A stretch of 64,000 nucleotides of DNA, from positions 21,056 to 85,055 of the forward strand of contig JBJOQW010000060.1 in NCBI GenBank assembly GCA_046049665.1. The letters run 5' to 3'. The position numbers were made by a program, and so were the translations under genes. Below, one piece after another: positions 1 to 9,352 of this stretch. Origin of the DNA: Pseudomonadota bacterium. GTDB lineage: Bacteria; Pseudomonadota; Alphaproteobacteria; Rhodobacterales; Rhodobacteraceae. Below the pieces are notes generated by a model. That model had not been told where the DNA came from. It searched no databases and saw only the letters and a program-made list of their open reading frames with translations. How positions within the stretch are numbered: position 1 is the stretch's first letter; each line of letters starts with the position of its first letter.

Positions 1-16
1 TAGAGTTGGAGTAGCC

Positions 17-1078
17 ATGCCAGAGATTCACATTCAGAACTGGCCTGACCCCGTTCCCTTTACGAAGGAAACGATCCTGGATGCGGGGCTGACTGCGGGT
101 GTGCCAATACCGAACCAATGCCGGTCAGGTGAGTGTGGCAGTTGCAAATGCCAGCTTCTGCGCGGTGAGGTGCAACGCCTTCCCCATGTCGCGGGTACAC
201 TCAGCCAGGACGAATTGGCCGAAGGGTGGATCCTTGCCTGCCGGTCAAAAGCGAAAGGGCCGGTTGAAGTGCGGTTCCCGGCACCCCTTGGCGCACCGGT
301 CATTGCACCCGGCCAACATGGGGCCGAAGTCGTGGCGGTCACGCGGGAAACGGCGGATGTCGTGGCGCTTCGGCTTCGGCCACTGGGCCCTGTCCGGTTT
401 CACGCCGGACAGTATTTCGACCTGACGCTGCCGGGGAAACCTGCACGCAGCTATTCGCCTGCCAATACGCCGGATGACCGCGAAATGGTGTTCTATGTCA
501 AGGTTCTGCCCGACGGCTGTGTCAGCCCGACCATTGCCGCTGGTCTGGAAAAGGGAACCCATGTTCTTCTGAACGGGCCATTCGGATCATCCTGCCTGTC
601 CCAGCCGCCCGATGGTCCGGTCCTGTTGCTGGGCGGTGGAACTGGCATCGCGCCACTGATCTCGATTGCGAAATCCCTTGCAAAGATCGCGCCAGATACG
701 CCTTGCCAGATGTATTTCGGGGTGCGCACCGAAGAAGATGTGTTTGCGCAGGATGCGCTTGCGTCAATTTCAAGCGGACATCCAAATTTCAAACTGTCCA
801 TCATCCTGTCAGACAGGCGGGAAAGTGCTTCTTATCGCACAGGCTTTATCGGGCCGGCCTTGCGAGAGGATAATATCAAACTGGGCCAACACCGCATCTT
901 TGTCGCGGGGCCGCCTGTCATGATAGAACGCTGTCAAACTGACCTGATGACGCTTGGCGCAGACCCAAGCCGCATATCCATTGACAGTTTTCTGCCGTCA
1001 GAACCTGAACGCGCGCCTGCGCCTATGTCTGGCCTGATGCGAATGGCGCGACGGTTGTTGGGCAGCGCGGCACCATGA
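17..1078 (+). CDS. 2Fe-2S ferredoxin / FAD-NAD(P)-binding oxidoreductase (oxygenase reductase-component-like)
   Basis: 353-aa ORF. N-terminal plant-type 2Fe-2S motif CRSGECGSCKC, flavin motif RSYSPAN, NAD(P) motif GGGTGIAPL. Confidence 0.85.
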   Translation: MPEIHIQNWPDPVPFTKETILDAGLTAGVPIPNQCRSGECGSCKCQLLRGEVQRLPHVAGTLSQDELAEGWILACRSKAKGPVEVRFPAPLGAPVIAPGQHGAEVVAVTRETADVVALRLRPLGPVRFHAGQYFDLTLPGKPARSYSPANTPDDREMVFYVKVLPDGCVSPTIAAGLEKGTHVLLNGPFGSSCLSQPPDGPVLLLGGGTGIAPLISIAKSLAKIAPDTPCQMYFGVRTEEDVFAQDALASISSGHPNFKLSIILSDRRESASYRTGFIGPALREDNIKLGQHRIFVAGPPVMIERCQTDLMTLGADPSRISIDSFLPSEPERAPAPMSGLMRMARRLLGSAAP

Positions 1079-1158
1079 TGTGATGCCCGCCCACAGGGTA
1101 TGTCCAATGGAAGGTGCCTGGCTGACTGGTTGCTGTCCGAGGCAGCCTGCACCAGCAA

Positions 1159-1836
1159 TTGCGGCAAAACACTGCAGGGCTGACAAGCAACCTTGGCAAG
1201 GTGAAACCGGGCACAGCGACGGTTGATGACCTGGCCGTCCGCGCCAAAGGTACCTTGCGCCCCGCCACGCTGAATGTCAGCGGCGATCTGGATATCAGCG
1301 CACTTGCCATCGGTGACAGCACCGCTGCACCAGTCATCATCAGTACCGCTCAAGGGCATGGCCCGATGCAGCTTTCGGTTGATCTGGGTGTGATGGTCAG
1401 ACAGAACGGTGCACTTGCTGTTGTCGTGGCCTTGGTCACTTCTGGCGCGGATGGGTTGGGCATGGATATCCTTGCCACGTCAACCGTGCTTGGGGCGTTG
1501 ACGCTGGGCCGTATCGGTACCACCGGCGGCGCCGTCAGCGTGGTCGCAGATCAGATCAAGCGTGATGGTGCTGTCACGCCCATGGCTGGCGATGTGACAC
1601 TGTGCAAAGCCGAAAGCGCCTTGCGTCAGGCGATCGGCACACGCGTGGATGCAGGGTCAGGGCACATTGCCGGGCCGGAGGCGGGCGATATGCAGATAGC
1701 CGAGCTGTATTCCTGCGGCACGGACCCGACCCGCACCCTGATCACGCTGTCCACAGCCGGGGCCATTACTGCAGTTGGCGCAGGCTCACTTTGCTGCCCG
1801 CGACGCAGGCCGTCTTCGCCGGAGGCGCTTTGTTAA
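1159..1836 (+). CDS. hypothetical Gly/Ala/Thr/Val-rich protein (orphan, TTG start; possibly decayed)
   Basis: Only frame in 1079-2300 with coding-like codon periodicity (G-rich first positions). No minus-strand ORF of 60 aa or more spans 1360-2104. No clear SD, no recognised domain. Confidence 0.35.
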   Translation: MRQNTAGLTSNLGKVKPGTATVDDLAVRAKGTLRPATLNVSGDLDISALAIGDSTAAPVIISTAQGHGPMQLSVDLGVMVRQNGALAVVVALVTSGADGLGMDILATSTVLGALTLGRIGTTGGAVSVVADQIKRDGAVTPMAGDVTLCKAESALRQAIGTRVDAGSGHIAGPEAGDMQIAELYSCGTDPTRTLITLSTAGAITAVGAGSLCCPRRRPSSPEALC

Positions 1837-2304
1837 GGTTGTGTTCCGCACGCTGCCAGATAGTGTGCCGCTGGCCAGCGTGGTTTCCTTGTCAGGTGTG
1901 GCGCGCGGACTAATGGCCCAGGAAGCCTGCAGCACGGCGATTGCCAGCGCCATGGGCCAGATTGACGGCTTTCCCTCATTGCGCGAACCTTACTGCCATC
2001 CGGGTCCGCCAAGTGCTGAATCGCCCGAAAGCATTCTGTTCTGGCGTCGCCAGGGGTGATGGGCGGTTGATTTTTCCTGATGTCCCCAGCATGGCCTGCA
2101 CCGTTTACATGTCAGCGCCGTGCGGTCGTTGGTCTGTGTGGTGCATGACCTTGGAAAGCAAAGGTGAAAGCCCTCGTTTCACACCGCTTGTTCTGCAAGG
2201 ATCAGATAGGCCCGCCTGCAGGATGAGATTGGGCCTGCGTGAAATGCGCCGTGTGAACAGCTTGCACCATGCGCCCTTCACCGGCACGAGACCGGGCCAG
2301 AAAT

Positions 2305-2328
2305 GAAAATGGCGGGGTTACCCCCGCC
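2305..2328 (-). terminator. intrinsic terminator of glnA
   Basis: Stem GGCGGGG/CCCCGCC (2311-2317 / 2322-2328), followed on the minus strand by a U-run (plus-strand GAAAAT at 2305-2310). Lies about 50 nt downstream of the glnA stop. Confidence 0.7.
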
Positions 2329-2375
2329 GTTTCCCTTTGTCACGAGTGGTGTGGGGTGTCTTCCCCACCACAGGC

Positions 2376-3785
2376 TTAGCAGCTGTAATACATCTGATAT
2401 TCAATCGGATGCGGTGTGTGTTCGTAGGCGTAAACCTCTTCCCACTTCAGCGCCATGTAGCCTTCCAGCTGGTCCTTGGTGAACACGTCACCGGCCAGCA
2501 GGAAATCATGATCGGCTTCCAGCGCCTGCAAGGCTTCACGCAGTGATCCGCAAACCGTTGGGATTGCTGCCAGTTCTTCCGGCGGCAGATCATACAGGTC
2601 CTTGTCTGATGCCGGGCCCGGGTCGATCTTGTTCTTGATGCCGTCAAGGCCAGCCATCAAGAGGGCCGCGAAAGCGAGGTAAGGGTTCGCCGATGGATCG
2701 GGGAAACGCGCCTCAACACGCTTGGCTTTTGGCGATTCTGTCCATGGAATACGCACAGCGCCAGAGCGGTTGCGGGCCGAATAGGCCAGCAGAACCGGTG
2801 CTTCAAAGCCCGGGATCAGGCGCTTATAGCTGTTGGTGCCAGGGTTTGTCAGCGCGTTTAGGGCCTTGGCATGCTTGATGATACCGCCGATGAACCACAG
2901 TGCCTCTTGGCTCAGGTCGGCATACTTGTCGCCTGCGAACAAGGGCTTGCCGCCCTTCCAGATCGACATGTTGACGTGCATGCCGCTGCCGTTGTCGCCC
3001 TTCATCGGCTTTGGCATGAACGTTACCGTCTTGCCATAGGCGTGGGCCACATTGTGGATGACGTACTTGTATTTCTGGATGTTGTCGGCCTGTTCGACCA
3101 GACCACCGAAAATCATGCCAAGCTCGTGCTGGCAGGTGGCAACTTCGTGGTGGTGCTTGTCCACACGGATGCCCATGCGCTTCATGGTCGACAGCATCTC
3201 GCCACGGATATCCTGCGCCTCATCCACCGGGTTCACCGGGAAATAGCCGCCCTTGTGGCCTGCGCGGTGGCCATAGTTGCCGCCTTCAGTGACCGTGTCG
3301 GTGTTCCACGCTGCCGCTTCGGCGTCAATCTCGTAGGCCACCTTCCGGGGCGTCACGGAGTAGCGCACGTCGTCGAACAGGAAGAATTCAGCTTCCGGCC
3401 CGAAATAGGCCGCGTCACCAATGCCGGACGATTTCATGTAGGCTTCCGCCTTCAGCGCCGTCTGGCGTGGGCAGCGGCTGTAAGCCTCACCCGTGTCAGG
3501 CTCGACCACGTTGCAATGCACGCACATGGTCTTTTCGGCATAGAACGGGTCGATATAGACCGAGCTTGCATCCGGGATCAGCTTCATGTCGGACTGGTCA
3601 ATCGACTTCCAGCCCGCGATGGACGATCCGTCGAACATGAAGCCTTCCTCGAAGAAGTCTTCATCCACAAGATCAGCAATCAGCGTCACATGCTGCAGTT
3701 TGCCTTTTGGGTCAGTGAAACGGATGTCGACATATTCGACTTCTTCGTCCTTCATCAGTTTCAGAGCATTCTTGACTGCGCTCAT
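2376..3785 (-). CDS. glnA: glutamine synthetase type I
   Basis: Family-typical sequence throughout ([37 protein letters not shown]). Start moved to MSAVKNAL (469 aa); the adjacent ATG at 3788 is equally possible. Confidence 0.97.
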   Translation of the reverse strand: MSAVKNALKLMKDEEVEYVDIRFTDPKGKLQHVTLIADLVDEDFFEEGFMFDGSSIAGWKSIDQSDMKLIPDASSVYIDPFYAEKTMCVHCNVVEPDTGEAYSRCPRQTALKAEAYMKSSGIGDAAYFGPEAEFFLFDDVRYSVTPRKVAYEIDAEAAAWNTDTVTEGGNYGHRAGHKGGYFPVNPVDEAQDIRGEMLSTMKRMGIRVDKHHHEVATCQHELGMIFGGLVEQADNIQKYKYVIHNVAHAYGKTVTFMPKPMKGDNGSGMHVNMSIWKGGKPLFAGDKYADLSQEALWFIGGIIKHAKALNALTNPGTNSYKRLIPGFEAPVLLAYSARNRSGAVRIPWTESPKAKRVEARFPDPSANPYLAFAALLMAGLDGIKNKIDPGPASDKDLYDLPPEELAAIPTVCGSLREALQALEADHDFLLAGDVFTKDQLEGYMALKWEEVYAYEHTPHPIEYQMYYSC

Positions 3786-3832
3786 CATGCTGTCCTTTGC
3801 TTTTGGGTTTTTCTGAGTTTTCTTTGCCATCA

Positions 3833-4204
<372 letters not shown>

Positions 4205-4330
4205 TCATGAAGTTATGGGGCGAACAATCGGGGCAGGGAAGGGGGCGCGGTGAGGTTTCGGGATTCTGCGTTGGGTGATTAAAAATTAGGCAATATGCCG
4301 AATGGTTGTGCAGTTTGAAAAGGCTTGGCA

Positions 4331-5938
4331 ATGACGGAACTTCTGACAGCGGCGCAAATGCGGGCGATTGAGGCGGCAGCGATTGCATCAGGCGAGGTCA
4401 CGGGGCTGGAGCTGATGGAGCGCGCCGGGCGCGGCGTTGTCGAGGCGATCTTCGACGAATGGCCGGAGCTGCGCGCCACATCGCACCGGGCGGTGGTCCT
4501 GTGCGGGCCGGGCAACAACGGCGGTGATGGGTTCGTCGTGGCGCGGCTGTTGAAAGAATGGGGCTGGGATGTGGAGGTCTTCCTGTACGGCGAGCCTGAC
4601 CGGATGCCAGCGGATGCGCGGGTGAATTATGAACGGTGGTTGGGGATAGGGGAGGTATGTCTGCCGAGAACAGATGACGACGACTTCCGAGCAAGGGGAT
4701 ATCAGACGGACTTGGTCGTTGATGCAATCTTTGGAACGGGACTTACGCGTGCTGTAAACCAAGAGTTTGACCGGGGCACTTTGCTTTGGTCTCATAAAGT
4801 AGCCCACTTTGGGCGGCGCGTTTCAATCGACGTTCCGTCCGGTACCTGCGCAGACAGCGGGAAAGCCTTGCAGGGTTACACAGCCAGAGCAGCCCTGACC
4901 GTAACTTTTGAACGTCCACGCGTTGGACACTATTGCGACCAAGGGCCTCAGATGTGCGGCAAGCTAGTTGTTGTGCCACTTAGCCTGCGACTACAACCGC
5001 TTCATTACCTAATGCTTTCAGGTGCGTTGGGCGCAGTGAACGAACCGACAGACCTTAACAAGCTTGTTCAACTGACTTTGAAATCCGCCCAGGCTGGCAG
5101 TGTTGCCAAGATAGGCAGGAGTGGTCTTGACCACAAATATGCCCACGGCCACGCCCTGATCCTCTCTGGCCCCTCCGGGCGCGGTGGGGCGTCTCGGTTG
5201 GCGGCGCGGGGGGCGTTGAGGATCGGGGCGGGGGTGGTTACGGTGGGGTGTCCCTTGGACGCGATCCCCGAGCATGCGGCGCGGCTGGATGCGGTGATGC
5301 TGCGGGGGGTGGCGGATGGGTCGGGTTTGGCCGACGTGCTGCAGGACAAGCGGATCAACGCGCTGTGCATGGGGCCGGGAATGGGGATCAGCGATGAGAC
5401 CGGCGCGCTGGTCGCGCAAGGGTTGCATAGCGGCCGGGCGATGGTACTGGATGCCGATGCGCTGACGCTGATCGCGCGCGATGGGGCGCTGTTTGCGGGC
5501 TTGCACGGGGCTTGCGTGCTGACCCCCCATGCCGGCGAATTCGCCCGCCTGTTCCCGGACATCGCCGATAAGCTGGCCGCCCCCGCGACCACCGGCCCCG
5601 CCTATTCCAAGGTCGATGCCACGCGCGAGGCTGCAAAGCGAGCGGGCTGCGTTGTGCTGTACAAGGGGCCTGATACAGTGATTTCCGACCCGTCAGGCCG
5701 CTGCGCCATCAGCTCTGCGCATTATGATCGGGCGGCGCCTTGGCTGGCCACGGCTGGGTCTGGCGATGTGCTGGCTGGTTTCATCACGGGCTTGCTTGCA
5801 CGCGGCTTTGCGCCCTTTGATGCCGCTTGCACAGCCGCCTGGCTGCATGTGGAATGCGCACTGTCTTATGGGCCGGGCCTGATAGCCGAGGATTTGCCCG
5901 AAGAACTGCCCAAGGTGTTTCGCGCGCTTAAGCTGTAA
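4331..5938 (+). CDS. nnr: bifunctional NAD(P)H-hydrate repair enzyme (epimerase / ADP-dependent dehydratase)
   Basis: YjeF_N motifs (CGPGNNGGDGFVVAR, DAIFGTGL, SIDVPSG) plus a C-terminal carbohydrate-kinase domain (KYAHGH, GSGDVLAG). ATG at 4331 preferred over TTG at 4325. Confidence 0.9.
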   Translation: MTELLTAAQMRAIEAAAIASGEVTGLELMERAGRGVVEAIFDEWPELRATSHRAVVLCGPGNNGGDGFVVARLLKEWGWDVEVFLYGEPDRMPADARVNYERWLGIGEVCLPRTDDDDFRARGYQTDLVVDAIFGTGLTRAVNQEFDRGTLLWSHKVAHFGRRVSIDVPSGTCADSGKALQGYTARAALTVTFERPRVGHYCDQGPQMCGKLVVVPLSLRLQPLHYLMLSGALGAVNEPTDLNKLVQLTLKSAQAGSVAKIGRSGLDHKYAHGHALILSGPSGRGGASRLAARGALRIGAGVVTVGCPLDAIPEHAARLDAVMLRGVADGSGLADVLQDKRINALCMGPGMGISDETGALVAQGLHSGRAMVLDADALTLIARDGALFAGLHGACVLTPHAGEFARLFPDIADKLAAPATTGPAYSKVDATREAAKRAGCVVLYKGPDTVISDPSGRCAISSAHYDRAAPWLATAGSGDVLAGFITGLLARGFAPFDAACTAAWLHVECALSYGPGLIAEDLPEELPKVFRALKL

Positions 5939-5973
5939 CGCTTGGTTAACCCAAAGCGCATTATTGTCAGGGC

Positions 5974-6204
5974 ATGGATATCAGCCCCAGACACCATGCG
6001 CCGGACCTTTGGCTAGGCCAGATTTTTGCCGCGAAAGCCGTGGCAAATGGCGGCGTGATCCGCCGGAACCGCCGCTGGGTGGAAGACGAGATCGGCCGCG
6101 ACAGGTTTGTGGCTGAGGTGCAGCGGCGCGGCTTTCATTTGCTGGAAACGGGCGATCAGCTGATCGTTGTCTGCCACTGCGGCCCCATTCGCATGCATTT
6201 TTGA
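5974..6204 (+). CDS. small conserved hypothetical protein (76 aa)
   Basis: ORF with ATG start and normal codon usage. Resembles a small protein family I recall from Rhodobacterales genomes. No function known. Confidence 0.55.
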   Translation: MDISPRHHAPDLWLGQIFAAKAVANGGVIRRNRRWVEDEIGRDRFVAEVQRRGFHLLETGDQLIVVCHCGPIRMHF

Positions 6205-6210
6205 AGGGGC

Positions 6211-6233
6211 ACGATTTTTCGTCGAAAAATCGT
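6211..6233. repeat. AT-rich perfect palindrome ACGATTTTTCG-T-CGAAAAATCGT
   Basis: 11-nt perfect arms around a single central base. Starts 7 nt after the stop of the 5974-6204 ORF. Confidence 0.9.
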
Positions 6234-6252
6234 ATTGGCCCAAAGATTGAAA

Positions 6253-6277
6253 CACGAATTTTCGACGAAAATTCGTG
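6253..6277. repeat. AT-rich perfect palindrome CACGAATTTTCG-A-CGAAAATTCGTG (possible terminator of the minus-strand Hint gene)
   Basis: 12-nt perfect arms, a sequence variant of the 6211 palindrome. On the minus strand it is followed by UUUCAAUCUUU. Confidence 0.9.
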
Positions 6278-6298
6278 GCTGCGGCACGGCGGTCAGTG

Positions 6299-6778
6299 TC
6301 AGGCAGCCACCGGCACGGCGTCGCAACCCACTTCCAGCCCGCCCGCGTAAACCACCTGCGGCGATGCAAAGCCAAGCGTGTACATCCGCAGACCCGCCAC
6401 CTTTTCACGGCGGATCATCTCGCCATCCACCATGCGTGCCACCGGCACCATGGCCTGTGCTTTGCCATACAGCGCCTTTGCCCGCCAATCGCGGATCAAC
6501 AGCGCCTGATCACAGCCAAGGATCACATCTTCTTCAGGCCGTGCATGGCCCTGGCTGCTGGCGCTGACGCGCACAACCTCGCCCACCATCACCTGCACCG
6601 AGACATCCACCAGCACCCGCAGACCGTCACGCGTGATGATCCGGTCGCCCGGTGCCAGAAACTCTACCGGCAGCAGCCCATCAGCCGTCAGCACGACAGT
6701 GCCCTGCGCCATGCCCTTAGTCACACGCGTTACGGCCAGATCGGTGTCTGCCACGCGCCCCTGCAGCTTTGCTGTCAT
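6299..6778 (-). CDS. Hint (Hedgehog/intein-like, Hint_2-type) domain protein, stand-alone
   Basis: 159 aa. Pattern GTVVLTADGLLPVEFLAPGDRIITRDG ... VYAGGLEVG matches the Rhodobacterales Hint_2 layout. Confidence 0.75.
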   Translation of the reverse strand: MTAKLQGRVADTDLAVTRVTKGMAQGTVVLTADGLLPVEFLAPGDRIITRDGLRVLVDVSVQVMVGEVVRVSASSQGHARPEEDVILGCDQALLIRDWRAKALYGKAQAMVPVARMVDGEMIRREKVAGLRMYTLGFASPQVVYAGGLEVGCDAVPVAA

Positions 6779-6915
6779 CGGGCTATCCTCGCCTAGTGTT
6801 TTTATACTGCCTCAGTCTTTTGCCCCACAATATGGCAAGAATGCGTTAAGGGCGAGCATTTTTCAGGGCTTTCCCACTGGCATGACCAAAGCACCCTTGT
6901 TAAAGGGGCCATCAT

Positions 6916-7000
6916 GCGGGTGTGGCGAAATTGGCAGACGCACCAGATTTAGGTTCTGGCGCCGCAAGGCGTGGGGGTTCAAGTCCCTCCACCCGCACCA
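6916..7000 (+). tRNA. tRNA-Leu (anticodon UAG)
   Basis: Cloverleaf read by eye: acceptor GCGGGUG/CACCCGC, anticodon stem CCAGA/UCUGG with loop UUUAGGU, long variable arm, T-loop UUCAAGU, encoded CCA. Confidence 0.93.
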
Positions 7001-7006
7001 GACAGG

Positions 7007-7510
7007 CTAGAGCGTGATATGCGTAGCGTCGCGGTCTTTGGCCAGATCCACCAGATGCAGCGCCCGGCGCGCGCGTGCTGTCACCTCAACTTCCATGCCT
7101 TCGACATAGATGATCTGGTTTGCGTCAAATTCCGGCTGGTAAATCACCGTGGCACCAATGGCCGTGCGGGCAAGGATCGTGCCATCGCTGACCAGATCGC
7201 CCACCGGCACCAGTGTTTCATCCAGACCAAACAGCAGGTCGGCTTTCCAGCCCGACATGGCGATGCGTTGCGCAGGCACAAGGCGCAGATGGCGCCAGGG
7301 CAGGCCCGGGCCTATCGCCTCGGGTGCAACGGTCACGGCGCGCGACGGGCTTAGACTGCGGTGCAGGCTGCGCAAGGGCTGCGGGCCGTGGTCACGCGTC
7401 ATCACCAGATCACCGGATTGCAGATGTTCAATGAATTCTGCCCCTTCCGCCGTCAGGATCAGGGTTCCGGCGGTAAAGCCCATCCCGGAAGTGGGCTTGG
7501 CATAGGACAT
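7007..7510 (-). CDS. Hint (Hint_2-type) domain protein, stand-alone paralog
   Basis: GFTAGTLILTAEGAEFIEHLQSGDLVMTRDHGPQPL ... IIYVEGMEVE. Start set at MSYAKP (the ATG at 7528 is also possible). The stop lies 7 nt from the tRNA 3' end. Confidence 0.75.
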   Translation of the reverse strand: MSYAKPTSGMGFTAGTLILTAEGAEFIEHLQSGDLVMTRDHGPQPLRSLHRSLSPSRAVTVAPEAIGPGLPWRHLRLVPAQRIAMSGWKADLLFGLDETLVPVGDLVSDGTILARTAIGATVIYQPEFDANQIIYVEGMEVEVTARARRALHLVDLAKDRDATHITL

Positions 7511-7761
7511 GGTATCGCGGTGCAGCATTGCGCATTCCGATCTGTTAACCTTTTCTTTGCGTAAGCAGCGGTTGTGGCAACAATCCGTGCCAATTGTGGC
7601 GATTGCGCGGTATTTCGAACCAACGTGCGCTTTCCGATTTATCCCCTTACGCCTTGCGCAATCCTTTGCTAGAAGGCGCGCGACCCATGCGTGGCGAATG
7701 CCGCGCATGATTTATTTGCACAGATGCTGTGCTGCGCATGAACTTAAGGGAAGGATATTCC

Positions 7762-9096
7762 ATGCAGGTCACCGAGACCCTGAACGAAGGCCTGAAGCGC
7801 GCCTATCAGATCACCGTTACCACGGCCGAGCTGGAGGCGAAGGTGACGGAAAAGCTGCTGGAAGCGCAGCCCGAGGTTGAACTGAAAGGTTTCCGCAAGG
7901 GCAAGGTGCCACTGCCGATGCTGCGCAAGCAGTTTGGCCAGCGCATGATCGGCGATGCGATGCAGGAAGCCATCGACGGCGCGATGAAGGATCACTTTGA
8001 CAAATCGGGTGATCGTCCTGCGCTGCAGCCCGAAGTAAAGATGTTGAACGGCGAATCTTGGTCGGAAGGGCAGGATGTGGTGGTTGAGATGTCTTATGAG
8101 GCGCTGCCACCGATTCCGGACGTGGATGCCAGCAAGATCAAGCTGGACCGTCTGGTCGTGAAGGCCGATGACAAGTCAGTGGATGAAGCGCTCGCCAATC
8201 TGGCGGCCACGGCGCAATCCTTTGAAGATCGCAAGAAAGGCGCCAAGGCCAAGGATGGCGATCAGGTTGTGATCGACTTCAAAGGTTCCATCGACGGCGT
8301 GCCGTTTGATGGTGGCGCGGGCGAGGATTATCCGCTGGTACTGGGGTCAAATTCGTTCATCCCGGGATTTGAGGCACAACTGGTGGGGGCCAAGGCAGGT
8401 GATGAGGTTGCGGTCAACGTATCCTTCCCGGAAGCCTATGGTGCGGCACATCTGGCAGGCAAGGCCGCGGTGTTTGACTGCACGGTGAAAGCCGTGAAAG
8501 AGCCAAAGCCTGCTGAAGTGAATGACGAGCTGGCCACGAAATACGGCGCGGCTGATCTGGCAGCACTGAAGGGCCAGATCGCCGAGCGTCTGGAATCGGA
8601 ATACAAGGGTGCCTCGCGCGCCGTTCTGAAGCGGTCCTTGCTGGATCAGCTGGACAAGATGGTGACATTCGATCTGCCACAGCGTCTGGTCGATGCCGAG
8701 GCCAGCCAGATTGCGCATCAGCTGTATCATGAAGAGCATCCCGATGATCACGGCCATAACCATGGCGAAATCGAAACGACAGATGAGCACAAAGCACTCG
8801 CCGTGCGCCGCGTGCGTCTGGGCCTGGTGCTGGCCGAAATCGGCCGCAAGGCTGAAGTGACGGTGACGGATGCGGAAATGACGCAGGCCGTGCTGGGTGC
8901 TGCACGTCAGTATCCGGGCCAGGAGCGCCAGTTCTTTGAATTCGTGCAAAAGAACCCGCAGATGCAGCAGCAGCTGCGCGCGCCGCTGTTTGAAGACAAG
9001 GTTGTGGATTTCATCGTGGCGGGTGCCGTAGTGAAGGACAAGGACGTATCGAAAGAAGCGCTGCAAAAGGCGGTTGAAAAGCTGGACGAGCTGTAA
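7762..9096 (+). CDS. tig: trigger factor
   Basis: [16 protein letters not shown]-terminus, FKBP-type PPIase core ([14 protein letters not shown]). SD GGGAAGGA upstream of the ATG at 7762. Confidence 0.96.
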   Translation: MQVTETLNEGLKRAYQITVTTAELEAKVTEKLLEAQPEVELKGFRKGKVPLPMLRKQFGQRMIGDAMQEAIDGAMKDHFDKSGDRPALQPEVKMLNGESWSEGQDVVVEMSYEALPPIPDVDASKIKLDRLVVKADDKSVDEALANLAATAQSFEDRKKGAKAKDGDQVVIDFKGSIDGVPFDGGAGEDYPLVLGSNSFIPGFEAQLVGAKAGDEVAVNVSFPEAYGAAHLAGKAAVFDCTVKAVKEPKPAEVNDELATKYGAADLAALKGQIAERLESEYKGASRAVLKRSLLDQLDKMVTFDLPQRLVDAEASQIAHQLYHEEHPDDHGHNHGEIETTDEHKALAVRRVRLGLVLAEIGRKAEVTVTDAEMTQAVLGAARQYPGQERQFFEFVQKNPQMQQQLRAPLFEDKVVDFIVAGAVVKDKDVSKEALQKAVEKLDEL

Positions 9097-9121
9097 TCCG
9101 ACCAACGAAGTCAACCTGACC

Positions 9122-9149
9122 AAAGCCGCACAGAAATGTGCGGCTTTTT
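9122..9149 (+). terminator. intrinsic terminator of tig
   Basis: Stem GCCGCACA/TGTGCGGC, loop GAAA, followed by TTTTT. Confidence 0.85.
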
Positions 9150-9352
9150 GCTTGTGGTCTTTTTTGGGCGACCTCGCGCTTGCCAAAAGCCTGGTTGCCG
9201 CTAAGTCTAGATACGTTGCCAGGCGCGTTTTGCCCCGATTCTTTGCAACACAAGGTTGTATTTTCAGCCTGAATGTCTTCATGCCAAAGCGGACAATCTC
9301 CGCGAAAAAAAACCAAAACTTTTTGATGGGGCAATGCCCCAATGGAGGACGT

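Noticed and set aside
1941-2306. 121-aa plus-strand ORF between the orphan ORF and the glnA terminator.
   Set aside because: It is Cys/Trp/Arg-rich with poor codon periodicity, and it runs up to the A-tract of the glnA terminator (its TGA at 2304-2306 overlaps the start of that element). It is probably non-coding.
4291-4312. NtrC-like half-site (TGCAC...GGCA on the minus strand) upstream of glnB.
   Set aside because: Only one half resembles TGCACC-N5-GGTGCA, and I could not recognise a sigma-54 GG-N10-GC element. That is too weak to call.
6211-6277. parS (ParB) sites, because of the TTTC...GAAA dyad.
   Set aside because: parS is an even 16-bp palindrome (TGTTTCAC/GTGAAACA). These dyads have an odd centre and different flanking bases, and they sit far from any parAB or origin context.
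6779-7010. Integrative element or att site at tRNA-Leu.
   Set aside because: No integrase, excisionase or IS gene lies nearby, and I could not find a direct repeat of the tRNA 3' end in the flanks. The neighbouring genes have normal GC content.
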